Assembly (NCBI GenBank): GCA_016784445.1
Contig: JADHUR010000001.1
Location: forward strand, 89,128 to 153,127
Length of the DNA: 64,000 bases
From: Patescibacteria group bacterium
Lineage (GTDB): Bacteria > Patescibacteriota > Patescibacteriia > UBA1558
Reading direction: 5' to 3'
This document shows positions 42,257 to 52,979 of this stretch, in pieces (the first letter of the stretch is position 1; each line of letters opens with the position of its first letter). The notes beneath the pieces are model-generated. The model made no database searches, was not told the DNA's origin, and worked only from the letters and a program-made list of their open reading frames with translations. Position numbers and translations under genes: made by a program.

Positions 42257-44686
42257 TTATTGTTTTTTAATAGTTAACTTATATTTTTTTTCTAATAAAT
42301 TCATTATCTTTGAAGTAATAACTTCAATCTCTTTTGTAGTGAGTGTTTTCTCTTCACTATATATTCTAATATGAAATGCTACAGAAAACTCCCCTGTCTT
42401 TTCATTCAAATACTTATCAAAAAGATCTATACTTCTAATTTCTTTATTCAAAGATAGAATATCTTTAGATAAGTCCTGCCAATCAATATCATTATTAAGT
42501 ATTACTGAAAAATCTTTTACTACAACTGGATACTTTGGCAATTGAACATACTCTTTACTATCTGACATATATTTAATCATTTCAGTAAAATTTAGCTCAG
42601 CAGTAGTAATAATATTCTTTAACTTTAATTTCTTTAAAATACTACTCTGTAATACGCCACAATATCCTAATAATTCATCTTGTGAATATAATGCGAGCGT
42701 TCTAGATATATCATAATAATCATGCTTAGCTATTTTCTTCCACTCATAATTAATCTCCAGTTTGTCTAGCAAATATTCAACTTCACCTTTCATTTCATAG
42801 AACAAATCTTTCTTATTATATCTAAGCCAAGATAAAATCCTTGGCTGATAAGGTAACATCTTATCTGAATCATTGTCTGCTACTTTTTTACCAGATTGTT
42901 TTGTAAATATTCTACCTAGTTCAAAAATATCTATCTCATCATACCAACGTAAATTATCTACTACATTTTTAAGTAGATTTGGTAATAGACTTATTCTTAA
43001 ATATTGTTGCTCTGGAGATAAATAATTCAATAATGCAATACAATCTTTTACATCTCCATTAATAGCTTTCAAATATTCCTCTGCTTGCCATGAATAATTA
43101 TATACTTCATTCAAAGCAAAGTGTTCTGACATTATAGATTTCACCTTATACTCTGCTTTCTTAATAGGTTGTATATCTGTTTGAGAAAGTCTAATCTTTG
43201 GCAATTCGTCTGGTATCAGGTCATAACCATAGATTCTAGCTACCTCTTCAATGATGTCCTCTGGAATACTAATATCTTTTGTTGCTCTCCAAGATGGTAC
43301 TGTAACTATAATATCTTCATCTTTAACTTTTATTTCAAACTGCAATGCTTCTAATATTTCAATAATATTCTTTAAAGGAATCTCTGTTCCAATACGTTTA
43401 AGAAGCCACGAGTAAGTAAGTTTAATAATTACCGACTCTTTCTTAGACTTATCTATATCTATTACTTTAGAAATAACTTTAGCATCAGGACATACCTGCT
43501 TTACAAGCTGTGCAGCTTTTGCAAGGGCTAGAGCTGTTAGCTCTGGATCCAAACTCTTCTCAAATCTCATAGATGCTTCAGTACGCATACCAAGTTGATT
43601 TGCTGTTTTTCTTATACTAGCTGCATGAAAATTTGCAGACTCAAGTATTATAGTATCTGTACTATCTCCTATTTCAGAATTAGCACCACCCATAACACCA
43701 GCTATTGCAATTGCTTTCTTAGAATCTGCTATTACTAAATTATCTGTATTTAATTTATGTTCAATATCATCTAAAGTCTTAATCTTCTCATCTTTCTCTG
43801 CTCTTCTTACTATTATCTTATTGCCATCAATATTATTAGCATCAAAAGCATGTAATGGTTGACCCAGGTCAAACAAAATATAATTTGTAATATCTACAAT
43901 ATTATTAATAGCTTTAACACCAATAGACTGTAAATAGTTTTTAAGCCATTCTGGTGACTTTCCAATCTTTATACCAGATATTACTACCGCTTGATAACGA
44001 GGACATAATTCTGAATCTTTAATATCTACTTTTAATTTACTACCACTACCTGACCTTATTTCATAAATCTCCAAAGGTTTCAAAGGTTTTCTTAAAATTG
44101 CAGACACTTCTCTAGCCATACCAAAATGTGACCATAGATCAGGTCTATGTGTTAATGACTTATTATCTATATCATAAACAATATCATCTATTTTCAAAGC
44201 TTTAGCAATTCCATCACCTGCTTTAAATTCTCCTTTTCCTAAATCTACAATTTCTGCTTCTGAGCCTTGTTCAAACATATGACCAAGCCCAACTTCACTA
44301 GCAGCACAAATCATACCAAAACTTTTAACACCCCTTATCTTTGTTTCTTCAAGTTCTACCAAATCTCCTTTACCATGCCATCTCACTTTAGAACCAGGCA
44401 AGGCAACAATACAATACATGTCTTTTTCTAAATTAATACCACCACAAACAATGGTAGCTCTTTCTTTAGCTCCAATATCTACCTGACAAACCTGCAATTT
44501 ATCTGCATCTGGATGTTTAACAATTTCTTTTACCTGTCCTACTACTATCTTGTCATAATCTGAACCTAAAGATTTTACTTCCTCAACTTCAACAGTAGCC
44601 ATAGTCATTTTAAGGCCAAGTTCCTTAGGATCTAAATCCTCAGGTATTTCTACATATTGTTTTAACCAATTTAAAGATATATTCAT
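42257..44686 (-). CDS. pheT: Phenylalanine-tRNA ligase beta subunit
   Basis: ISLNWLK, HPDADKL, HRPDL, GQPLHAFD, EEVARIYGYD. Confidence 0.95.
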   Translation of the reverse strand: MNISLNWLKQYVEIPEDLDPKELGLKMTMATVEVEEVKSLGSDYDKIVVGQVKEIVKHPDADKLQVCQVDIGAKERATIVCGGINLEKDMYCIVALPGSKVRWHGKGDLVELEETKIRGVKSFGMICAASEVGLGHMFEQGSEAEIVDLGKGEFKAGDGIAKALKIDDIVYDIDNKSLTHRPDLWSHFGMAREVSAILRKPLKPLEIYEIRSGSGSKLKVDIKDSELCPRYQAVVISGIKIGKSPEWLKNYLQSIGVKAINNIVDITNYILFDLGQPLHAFDANNIDGNKIIVRRAEKDEKIKTLDDIEHKLNTDNLVIADSKKAIAIAGVMGGANSEIGDSTDTIILESANFHAASIRKTANQLGMRTEASMRFEKSLDPELTALALAKAAQLVKQVCPDAKVISKVIDIDKSKKESVIIKLTYSWLLKRIGTEIPLKNIIEILEALQFEIKVKDEDIIVTVPSWRATKDISIPEDIIEEVARIYGYDLIPDELPKIRLSQTDIQPIKKAEYKVKSIMSEHFALNEVYNYSWQAEEYLKAINGDVKDCIALLNYLSPEQQYLRISLLPNLLKNVVDNLRWYDEIDIFELGRIFTKQSGKKVADNDSDKMLPYQPRILSWLRYNKKDLFYEMKGEVEYLLDKLEINYEWKKIAKHDYYDISRTLALYSQDELLGYCGVLQSSILKKLKLKNIITTAELNFTEMIKYMSDSKEYVQLPKYPVVVKDFSVILNNDIDWQDLSKDILSLNKEIRSIDLFDKYLNEKTGEFSVAFHIRIYSEEKTLTTKEIEVITSKIMNLLEKKYKLTIKKQ

Positions 44687-44687
44687 A

Positions 44688-45698
44688 CTAGAATTGCTTT
44701 AAAAACCTTAAATCTCCGCCCTGCAGCAGTCTAATGTCATCTATGCCATATTTCATCATAACAAGGCGTGTTAGACCTAAACCGAAGGCAAATCCACTAT
44801 ATTCTTTAGGATCTAGTCCACCTGCCCTTATTACATTAGGATGAACAAGTCCACATGGTAGAAGTTCTAACCAACCAGACTGTTTACAAACAGAACAACC
44901 CTCACCTTCACAGATAAGGCAATTAATATCTAATTCAAAACCAGGTTCAACAAAAGGAAAGTAGCCCGGTCTTTGTCTCACTTTTACATCTCTTTTAAAT
45001 ACAGCTCTTAAAAGTTCTTTCATAACAGCAATAACATTAGCAATAGATATATCCTTATCTATCATAAGACCCTCAAGTTGGTAAAAGGTTGAATCGTGCG
45101 AAGCATCAGTTGCTTCAAATCTAAAACATCTACCTGGAAATACAGCTCGAAGTGGAGCGCCATATTTTTTCATTGCCCTTACCTGCATTGGTGATGTATG
45201 TGTTTTTAATAAATTACCATCATCAAGCCAAAAAGTATCTTGCGTATCTCTAGCAGGATGATTATCTGGAATATTAAGGGCTGTAAAGTTAAAATATTCA
45301 GATTCCAAATCTGGACCTTCAATAACTTTAAATCCCATAGCAGTAAATATTTGCTCCAACTCATACTGCATCATTGTATTTGGATGAAGACTTCCCTTCT
45401 CTGTCTTTATACCAGGCAAAGTTAAATTATTTACCTGAATATCACCTACTGAACTATCATCAAATTTATCTGCTACTTTCTCTATTGCAGAGCCGATACT
45501 CTCTTTTATCTCATTAGCCACCTTACCAACCTTAGGCTTCTCTTCTTCAGCAATATCTTTCAAGTTCTTTAAAAGTTTTGTAAGCTCACCATTACGTCCT
45601 AAATATTTAACTTTAAGATTCTCCAGTTCTTCACTGTTTTTAATCTTATCGAACTCACTCAGAGCTTTTAATTTAATTTTCTTTAAATCATCTAACAT
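44688..45698 (-). CDS. pheS: Phenylalanine-tRNA ligase alpha subunit
   Basis: HPARDTQDTF, THTSPMQ, YFPFVEP, GFAFGLG; likely start MLDDL. Confidence 0.95.
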   Translation of the reverse strand: MLDDLKKIKLKALSEFDKIKNSEELENLKVKYLGRNGELTKLLKNLKDIAEEEKPKVGKVANEIKESIGSAIEKVADKFDDSSVGDIQVNNLTLPGIKTEKGSLHPNTMMQYELEQIFTAMGFKVIEGPDLESEYFNFTALNIPDNHPARDTQDTFWLDDGNLLKTHTSPMQVRAMKKYGAPLRAVFPGRCFRFEATDASHDSTFYQLEGLMIDKDISIANVIAVMKELLRAVFKRDVKVRQRPGYFPFVEPGFELDINCLICEGEGCSVCKQSGWLELLPCGLVHPNVIRAGGLDPKEYSGFAFGLGLTRLVMMKYGIDDIRLLQGGDLRFLKQF

Positions 45699-45702
45699 AT
45701 AT

Positions 45703-46086
45703 TTATTCTTTCTTACCAGATATAGATAAGAACAAAAATTCAATTAAAGATAATATTAATATTGTAATTACTACTGTTAACCAATTAAGCTGTCCATTTC
45801 CCTTTAACATCAAGGATATAATAACTAAAATTGAAAATAGTATACCCTGTCTACCCGAAATACTTAATCTAATGCCCGTTATTTCATTACCAGCAGTTAG
45901 CATTCTAAGGAAATATCCAATTAAAGTGAAAGTGCCTGCTAGGCTAATAAATAGCGCTAAATAAAATAATAACAGAGCAAGGCTAGCACCAGTTGTGGGG
46001 TCAATAAACCTTACCACCATAACCCACAAAATCCAAGCGATGACTGTTATTAAACTTAAGTATAATAAATATTTTCTAGTTGTCAT
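45703..46086 (-). CDS. Four-TM hypothetical membrane protein
   Basis: Hydrophobic 127-aa ORF coupled to pheS. Confidence 0.65.
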   Translation of the reverse strand: MTTRKYLLYLSLITVIAWILWVMVVRFIDPTTGASLALLLFYLALFISLAGTFTLIGYFLRMLTAGNEITGIRLSISGRQGILFSILVIISLMLKGNGQLNWLTVVITILILSLIEFLFLSISGKKE

Positions 46087-46164
46087 GTAAATAATACTCT
46101 AAAAGTATACTTATTATACAATATTTTACTCATGCAGACAAATATTGCAAACTACTACAAATTC

Positions 46165-46878
46165 TTAATATTTAACTGCCTCAATAATAATATCCATAGG
46201 ATTATTAACTCTATTTTCTAATGTTGGATATTTCTTCAAAAGCTTAATGCTAGCTCTATGCTCAATTAATCTTTTTATATGAAAGTCATTATTGTAAAGA
46301 AAAGAAGAAAAGTCTTCAAATGTCCAATGCTTATCATTATAGAATATCTTTTCATTATTCACCTTAGTTGACATCGCTCTTACAGTGACACCACTCTGGA
46401 AATAATTATAGTTTTTAGGAGGTGTAATTGTATGCTGAAAATTTGGAGCAAATGGATGTAAGTCTAAGATAATTAATCTACCGCCTTTTTTCAAAGCACC
46501 ATGAGCATTCTTAATCATTTTCTGTATTTTAACTTTACTCTTCTCTTCTAAGATAACTTTAATTAGTAATGCAATATCAAATTTACTATTTAATTTTAAA
46601 GGCTTTGTAATATCTTTATTTAAAAAACTTACTTTTTTATCTAAATTTAATTTCTCAGCAATTTTTAATTGTTCCGCAGAATTATCTATTCCCACACAGA
46701 TAGCTCCCTTGTCTACGAATTTTTTTAACCAATAACCATTACCACACCCTAGATCTAAAATCTTCTTTCCTTTAATATCCCCCAATACTTTGAAAAACTG
46801 AGGGCTATTAACCTTCTCATTAGCAATACTTGGTTTTGAAAACTCTTTTGAGAACTCCTTATTATATATATTTTTCAT
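46165..46878 (-). CDS. Class I SAM-dependent methyltransferase
   Basis: ILDLGCGNG, GIDNS, LKKGG. Confidence 0.85.
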   Translation of the reverse strand: MKNIYNKEFSKEFSKPSIANEKVNSPQFFKVLGDIKGKKILDLGCGNGYWLKKFVDKGAICVGIDNSAEQLKIAEKLNLDKKVSFLNKDITKPLKLNSKFDIALLIKVILEEKSKVKIQKMIKNAHGALKKGGRLIILDLHPFAPNFQHTITPPKNYNYFQSGVTVRAMSTKVNNEKIFYNDKHWTFEDFSSFLYNNDFHIKRLIEHRASIKLLKKYPTLENRVNNPMDIIIEAVKY

Positions 46879-46882
46879 AATA

Positions 46883-48382
46883 TTATTTTAATTTAACTAT
46901 CTCTAATAATCTTTGGTAAATTCTTACCATGGCCATAGTGTCTAGTGCACAATAATCCAATAAGTCTTTCTTAATCTTTTCTTTCTCATCCTTAGGCGTA
47001 TCTTTATTAATCATTTTCTCCCATCTTTCACTAGCTTGATCACCTTTAGATATATTCATAGTAGAATAAGATAAATCTGGAACAACAACCGGTAATACCT
47101 TCTTAATACTAGAGCTTCCTTTAAAAGCAGGATCTACATAATAGTTCTTAGAAAAGATATGCATTAGATCGTACATCTTATCATTTATCTCATTTAAAAA
47201 ATCTGCATACTCTGGATGAAGCTGAGCTAACTTTTCATTCCTCTGCTTCTCATATGTCTTATACCAAGCAATGACTGTTCCAGAAGGATCAATATCTTCT
47301 TTCATTTGTTTAACAAGTGGCAATGTAATATCTCCTTTAGGATCTGTAATTAAAAACTCTTTATGATCAATATTCCCCTTCTCATCCATAATATGTAATG
47401 AGTATTGGAATGGTATTTGCTCATAAGCTCCAAAACCATCAAACATTGGTATGGCAGATACAAAGCCTTCATAGTCAAAGAAATATAATGGAAATACCAA
47501 TTTACCAAGTTCAGATATTATACTCTCTCTGTCAATAATAGCTGAACCTTTCTTATGTGCATTATACTGAGCAAGTTTTGCTCCAGTTAACTTCTCTGGA
47601 TTATCTATATCGTCTAAAGAATAAATACCGCGATCTATCCAATCATAGAATAACTTCTTACTTAAACCAATTCTGTTAATATCGTGTACTGAATACTCTG
47701 GTACTTCAGGATTAGAATATTTAAAGGTTGTACACTGTGCATTCCTACCACGGTATAGACACTCACACCCTTTCTCTTCATCCATGCCCAAATATTGTTT
47801 AATCTCCTCCATCTGTTTCTTAACATCCACCTGCTGCTCAACAACCTCATCACTTAAATCTACAAATATAAATAATTCCCTGTAATCTACTTCCCCACCT
47901 CTACGATACTCTTTATTCAAATGAATAACACTAGACTTAACAATCTTTAAACCACTCTTTTCAATAACAGTCTTCTGAAAAGCTAAATCATTTACATAAT
48001 GATACGGTTCTTTACGCTTAATATCATTAGAAGCTTTAACTTCATACAATTCCCAACCACCCAGTGACTTATTGTAATTCATAATATCTGCACGTATAAA
48101 AAAATCATCCTCATAGAATGTTCCCTGAAAGATTGTTTCAATACCATCATCTATTAACCTCTTAGTATCTAGTATTGCTTCATTATCTACAGATTCAACT
48201 AAAACGCCATCTACAAATAGATTCTGAGCCTCTGCATCTGCTAAATTACCTTCTTCAATAATCTTCTTCTCAAAATCTGACAATTCTACGTCATCAAACA
48301 ACTCATGCTTATGTTTTTTAAGCCAAAGGTTCTTTTTACAGAAAGTATAGTCTAAATAGTCTGTTTTAGTTATCTTAAACAT
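46883..48382 (-). CDS. DUF2779-type protein (PD-(D/E)XK-like N-domain plus RNase H-like/DEDD C-domain)
   Basis: ITKTDY..C.K.LWL, RADIM..LYEVKAS, FFDYE, QIPFQYS, SIKKVLP, LLDYCALDT. Confidence 0.78.
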   Translation of the reverse strand: MFKITKTDYLDYTFCKKNLWLKKHKHELFDDVELSDFEKKIIEEGNLADAEAQNLFVDGVLVESVDNEAILDTKRLIDDGIETIFQGTFYEDDFFIRADIMNYNKSLGGWELYEVKASNDIKRKEPYHYVNDLAFQKTVIEKSGLKIVKSSVIHLNKEYRRGGEVDYRELFIFVDLSDEVVEQQVDVKKQMEEIKQYLGMDEEKGCECLYRGRNAQCTTFKYSNPEVPEYSVHDINRIGLSKKLFYDWIDRGIYSLDDIDNPEKLTGAKLAQYNAHKKGSAIIDRESIISELGKLVFPLYFFDYEGFVSAIPMFDGFGAYEQIPFQYSLHIMDEKGNIDHKEFLITDPKGDITLPLVKQMKEDIDPSGTVIAWYKTYEKQRNEKLAQLHPEYADFLNEINDKMYDLMHIFSKNYYVDPAFKGSSSIKKVLPVVVPDLSYSTMNISKGDQASERWEKMINKDTPKDEKEKIKKDLLDYCALDTMAMVRIYQRLLEIVKLK

Positions 48383-48409
48383 AGCTATATTTTAGCAAAT
48401 ATCTGTAAG

Positions 48410-48448
48410 ATTAGCTATTTTGCAAGAAATAGCTAATAAGTGTAAAAT
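48410..48448. promoter_or_regulatory. Inverted repeat overlapping the promoter of the plus-strand array
   Basis: ATTAGCTATTT-6-AAATAGCTAAT (48410-48437) around TTGCAA-17-TAAAAT. Confidence 0.55.
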
Positions 48449-48458
48449 GTCAATTAGT

Positions 48459-49094
48459 ATGGATTCAAAACTACAACTAGCAGACCTCTTGAAGCTATCG
48501 ACAGCCGGATCTTATTATTTAGGTATTATGGGTAAATCTCACTACATGTGGGCAGACAATATTAATTCACTCTTAGATTCACTTTCCTTACCTCAAAAAG
48601 AAATTATAATATATAATTTTACAACACAACACAAAGAAGTTAAATATATCATTGACAAACTAACTGAGCTGCTCATTGCTCACAAAGAAATATCTAATAG
48701 ACCAATTTTTTTTAATGATACAGATGGAAATCCAGACATCTATCTAAATAAAACTAAAAAATATATTGAAGTAAAAAGGGTAAATATGTCAGACCAATTA
48801 AGAGAGCACGTTAATCAGTCAGCCGAACTAAAGGAATCTTCAGAAACAATTGACGAAAATACCTTTGATAATAATTTAACTTCCCTCTTGAAGAAAAGTA
48901 AAGACCATATAGAAAAAGGAATCACTCAACTCAAAGGAAAGAATGGTAAGTTGATAATTGTTTATTCTATTGATCCTAAAATATTAAACCATGAAAAAGA
49001 ATATAGAAGAAAATTACAGAATAGTCACCGCGACACAGAGATTACACTTGAACTTATTAATGAAAAAGAATTATTTACTACTAAAGATATATAA
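48459..49094 (+). CDS. Hypothetical protein with PD-(D/E)XK-like motif
   Basis: ELLIA..NPDIYL..YIEVKR; ATG at 48459 follows the promoter (ORF track start 48420). Confidence 0.5.
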   Translation: MDSKLQLADLLKLSTAGSYYLGIMGKSHYMWADNINSLLDSLSLPQKEIIIYNFTTQHKEVKYIIDKLTELLIAHKEISNRPIFFNDTDGNPDIYLNKTKKYIEVKRVNMSDQLREHVNQSAELKESSETIDENTFDNNLTSLLKKSKDHIEKGITQLKGKNGKLIIVYSIDPKILNHEKEYRRKLQNSHRDTEITLELINEKELFTTKDI

Positions 49095-49107
49095 ATAACA
49101 AATAAAT

Positions 49108-49710
49108 ATGAAAAAACAAATATTCTTAATACATGGAGGGATGACCTTCAAAAATAATAAAGACTATCAACAGTTTTTAAAAACGAGAAAAGTATCAATC
49201 GAAGAGAAGAATCGTTGGTATGATAGTTATCTAGAAAAACATTTAGGTAAGAAATTTGATATTATAAGGCCTCGCTTTCCATTGCAAGATAATGCAACAT
49301 ATAATGACTGGAAAATACACTTTGAAAGATTCTTTCCCCTCTTAAAGAAAGATATTATTCTAATTGGTGGCTCACTCGGTGGTATATTTTTAACTAAGTA
49401 CTTGTCAGAAAACAAATTTCCAAAAAAAATACTAGCTACATACATTATCTGCCCCCCATATGATGATACATTATATGGTGAAGATTTAACTGGAGGATTT
49501 AAACTAAAACCAAACCTTACACTATTAGATAGAAAAGCTAACAATGTTACATTATTATTTTCAGAAGATGACGATGTAATACCAATAGAACATGCTGAAA
49601 AGTATAGGAAGAAATTAAAGAATTCAAAGATTATTATTTATAAAAGTAAAAATGGACATTTCAAAATTTCTACATTTCCTGAAATAATTAAAATGATTGA
49701 AAAAATATGA
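49108..49710 (+). CDS. Alpha/beta hydrolase (RBBP9/YdeN-like)
   Basis: LIHGG, GGSLGG nucleophile elbow, SEDDDVIP, NGHF. Confidence 0.82.
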   Translation: MKKQIFLIHGGMTFKNNKDYQQFLKTRKVSIEEKNRWYDSYLEKHLGKKFDIIRPRFPLQDNATYNDWKIHFERFFPLLKKDIILIGGSLGGIFLTKYLSENKFPKKILATYIICPPYDDTLYGEDLTGGFKLKPNLTLLDRKANNVTLLFSEDDDVIPIEHAEKYRKKLKNSKIIIYKSKNGHFKISTFPEIIKMIEKI

Positions 49711-50258
49711 AATATTTAAATGAAATTAGAGAACTAGTAAAGAACGAAGCGGATGACTCTGACTGGAAGTATCATATTGCTATTGTAATTAAGTACGCGA
49801 AACAATTAGCAAAAATACTTAAAACCGATGAAGACATGGCAGAGCTCGGAGCCATACTTCATGATATCGGAAGATTAAGACATGGATCAGAAAACCACAA
49901 CGTAACAGGCGTAATTGAAGCTGAAAAAATTCTTAAAGATCACAATGCACCACAAGAAGTAATAGACGAAATTAAACACTGTGTTGAAACTCATCGTGCT
50001 ATCAAAGATTTACCTCCAAAAACCATTACTGCTAAAATAGTTATGAATGCAGATGCAATGTCTCACTTTGATGAAATACCAATATTCTTTTATTGGAAAA
50101 TTGGTGGCGATAACTTTGAAAATATATTTAAATGGGTTGAAGCTAAGATTGAAAGAGACTGGAATGAGAAATTAACACTTCCAGAAGCAAAAGAAATGAT
50201 GCGAGAAAAATATGAAGCTATTAAAGTTGTTCTTTCATCAACTAAAGAACATATATGA
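49707..50258 (+). CDS. HD domain phosphohydrolase
   Basis: H..LHDIG..H..THR..ADAMSHF. Confidence 0.85.
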   Translation: MKYLNEIRELVKNEADDSDWKYHIAIVIKYAKQLAKILKTDEDMAELGAILHDIGRLRHGSENHNVTGVIEAEKILKDHNAPQEVIDEIKHCVETHRAIKDLPPKTITAKIVMNADAMSHFDEIPIFFYWKIGGDNFENIFKWVEAKIERDWNEKLTLPEAKEMMREKYEAIKVVLSSTKEHI

Positions 50259-50755
50259 AAAATATAACATCACATCATAGCATGATCTATGAATCCAAAA
50301 ATTTTAACGTCAAAGCGCCGGACAACCCACACGTCGATAGAGATGATGGTGGGCATATTGTTATTTTCCCAAAAGAAAGACTCATTGACAGACAAGAACT
50401 CTCTCCAAAGCATGCTACTGAGTTGATGAGACTTACAGTGGTAGTTGGACAAGCGATGACAAAAATAATGAAAGATCACGGAGTAGATATTGGCAGGTTA
50501 AATTACCAAGATAATGGAAATTGGTCTGTGTTCAAACCAGAAGGACCATATTTACATATTCATATATATGGAAGAGCAAAAAGGGCCAAGACTCACAAAT
50601 ACGGACAAGCATGTCACTTTCCTCACAGAGACGACAAACCTGAATTCTACGAAAACTTTAAACCACTTAATAAAGAAGATATTAAAGACATTCGGGCTGA
50701 AATTGAGAAACTACTTAAAGAAGATAAATATTCTAACTCTAATTGGGGCTTATGA
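50255..50755 (+). CDS. HIT-like protein
   Basis: DGGHIVIFPK, LNYQDNGN, variant triad YLHIHIYGR. Confidence 0.72.
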   Translation: MKNITSHHSMIYESKNFNVKAPDNPHVDRDDGGHIVIFPKERLIDRQELSPKHATELMRLTVVVGQAMTKIMKDHGVDIGRLNYQDNGNWSVFKPEGPYLHIHIYGRAKRAKTHKYGQACHFPHRDDKPEFYENFKPLNKEDIKDIRAEIEKLLKEDKYSNSNWGL

Positions 50756-51174
50756 ACAAAACAAAAGGAGCTAAAATATTTGTAAAGAATGAAATGCTAG
50801 ATGAATATCTATTCATTCTTAGAGACGATAATCCAGACATTATAGAACCAGATACATGGGGTCTTTTAGGTGGTGGTATGAAAAAAGGAGAAAACCCTAT
50901 GGAAGCAATAAAACGTGAACTTAAAGAAGAGATAGATATTGAAGTAAACAATATTAGACAAATCAGATCAAGAAAAATAACTCATGAAGTACATGGTAGG
51001 ATATTTGAAATCGAGGGTTATTACTTTATTGGTACAACAGATACTTATGATTTATCTAATATTAAATTAAATGAAGGGCAAAGAGCAGATTTCTTTTCAT
51101 TAGAAGAAATAATGAAACAACCAAACATTTCTCAATCAATAGAAGAGTTAATTAGTAAAGGCTATATTAAATAA
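50752..51174 (+). CDS. NUDIX hydrolase
   Basis: LRDD..WGLLGGGMKKGENPMEAIKRELKEEID; ATG overlaps the upstream TGA. Confidence 0.88.
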   Translation: MNKTKGAKIFVKNEMLDEYLFILRDDNPDIIEPDTWGLLGGGMKKGENPMEAIKRELKEEIDIEVNNIRQIRSRKITHEVHGRIFEIEGYYFIGTTDTYDLSNIKLNEGQRADFFSLEEIMKQPNISQSIEELISKGYIK

Positions 51175-51827
51175 TGAGAAACATTGAAGAATACGTGAAA
51201 GATATAATGTCTAGTGAAACAGCTCACGACTTCAAACATGTCGACCGCGTAAGAAATTGGGCAATACAAATTGCCGAAAGTGAAAACTATACAGATTTAA
51301 AAATGGTTGAGATTGCAGCTCTCATGCACGATATAGGCTTGCCCCAGTCAGAACCAAGGAATATACATGGAGAAGTTGGTGCTAAAATGGCTAGAGAATA
51401 TCTAGTAGCTAACAATATACTTTCTGAAGATAAAATCGCTGATGTATGTAATGCCATAAGATATCACAATGCTAATCGCAAAGGAGAAGGTGTGCTATTA
51501 AATATCATACGTGACGCAGATATGATGGATATGTTTGGATCTATTGGTATAATGCGTGCATATACTTCAAAAGCAGATAAACAAGAATACGACCCTCTAA
51601 ATATCAAAGGTGAAACCTGGGAAATGACAGCAAAGGATTTTGATAAAAGGTTTGACAATAAAACAGAAATTGGATCATATATAATTGATCAAATAAATTT
51701 TCAAATTAGTTGTTATGATAATCTTCAAACAGAATCTGGGAAAAAGCTTGCAAAACCGTTAATTAAGTTTATGAAAGAATATATAATACAATTAGAAACT
51801 GAAATTAAACATGATAAACCTAGCTAA
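51174..51827 (+). CDS. HD domain phosphohydrolase (YedJ-like)
   Basis: AHDFKHVDRV, MHDIG, HG..GA, YH, RDADMMD..G.IGI.R. Confidence 0.85.
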   Translation: MRNIEEYVKDIMSSETAHDFKHVDRVRNWAIQIAESENYTDLKMVEIAALMHDIGLPQSEPRNIHGEVGAKMAREYLVANNILSEDKIADVCNAIRYHNANRKGEGVLLNIIRDADMMDMFGSIGIMRAYTSKADKQEYDPLNIKGETWEMTAKDFDKRFDNKTEIGSYIIDQINFQISCYDNLQTESGKKLAKPLIKFMKEYIIQLETEIKHDKPS

Positions 51828-51828
51828 A
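51811..51828 (+). repeat. 18-bp direct repeat, copy 1
   Basis: ATGATAAACCTAGCTAAA, identical to 52976-52993. Confidence 0.9.
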
Positions 51829-51842
51829 ATTACAAAAACTAT

Positions 51843-52979
51843 ATGAATAATATCGAAAACCCAAACTCAGTTGAACAATCCCCAGAAGTAATGAAACTTC
51901 CTGAAATTGAAGTACAAGAAAAAAAGGGTCCAATGCTTCTGTCTATTCTGCTCAGAGGATATGATCATGATTTCGGAGGACATCAGCACGAGTTATCTCA
52001 AGAAGTCGATAATTTCTTTAAGCAAAATCCTCTTAATGAAGAAACAATTAACTTCCTAAAAGAAATTAGAGCAATAGAGAGCAATGGTATAGATGGAGAA
52101 ACTTTATTCAATATGGCTCTCACTCGTGAAACAAATGAAACGGAAACACTATCAAAATTTGTTTCCGAATATAAAAACCCAATACAAAACCTTCAAGAAA
52201 TTAGAGATAAACTAATAGAAGCTTTAAATAATTTAGAAACTTCCCTACCTAGCGAATTAATGGATAAATTCGCTGAAGCCACCTCAGAAGATATTTCCAT
52301 GAGAAATAATAATCTAGAAGATCCACAAAAAAGAATCAAGCAATTAATAGAATTCTTTAAACCAAATGCTAAAACTACAAAAATAGAAAAAATTATCATT
52401 CTACCAACAAACTTCCTTTTCGATGAAAAATCAGGCTCTTGCATGTTTGGACCAAATAATGACATGTACATTAGTTCTCATATTGACAACCCACACAATA
52501 TGGAACATGAATTTTTGCACAGCGTTATCAACCCAATAATAACAAAACTTGAAGCTCAATTAACAGATGATCAAAAAATGAAAATCGTTGAATTAGCATC
52601 TAATAACTTAAAATACAGCCAAGAGTATGGCGAAGAATATTACAGTTTACTATGTGAGGAATTTATCCGTACCTACAATGACATTTTTCAAAAGGATGAT
52701 AAACCATTAACTGAAGATGATTTTGTTCAAAAAATCGACAGCGTAAGTGATGAACAATTCAATGATGCTATAACTAATAATGATATATTGAGAAAACAAT
52801 GCTCTCAATTAAATATTTCAACATTAGAAGAATTAAAACGAAGATCCAAAGAATACTATGATAAATTTGAAAAAAATGATCTAAGAAATATTATATTCTC
52901 TTTATATCAAGAATATGAAAAAGAAAAAGGTACTAATTTTGAACAATTTGTATTAGAACAATTTAGTAAAAGAATATGA
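51843..52979 (+). CDS. Hypothetical protein with HExxH zincin-like motif
   Basis: HEFLHS followed by EEFIR; flanked by the 18-bp direct repeats. Confidence 0.55.
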   Translation: MNNIENPNSVEQSPEVMKLPEIEVQEKKGPMLLSILLRGYDHDFGGHQHELSQEVDNFFKQNPLNEETINFLKEIRAIESNGIDGETLFNMALTRETNETETLSKFVSEYKNPIQNLQEIRDKLIEALNNLETSLPSELMDKFAEATSEDISMRNNNLEDPQKRIKQLIEFFKPNAKTTKIEKIIILPTNFLFDEKSGSCMFGPNNDMYISSHIDNPHNMEHEFLHSVINPIITKLEAQLTDDQKMKIVELASNNLKYSQEYGEEYYSLLCEEFIRTYNDIFQKDDKPLTEDDFVQKIDSVSDEQFNDAITNNDILRKQCSQLNISTLEELKRRSKEYYDKFEKNDLRNIIFSLYQEYEKEKGTNFEQFVLEQFSKRI

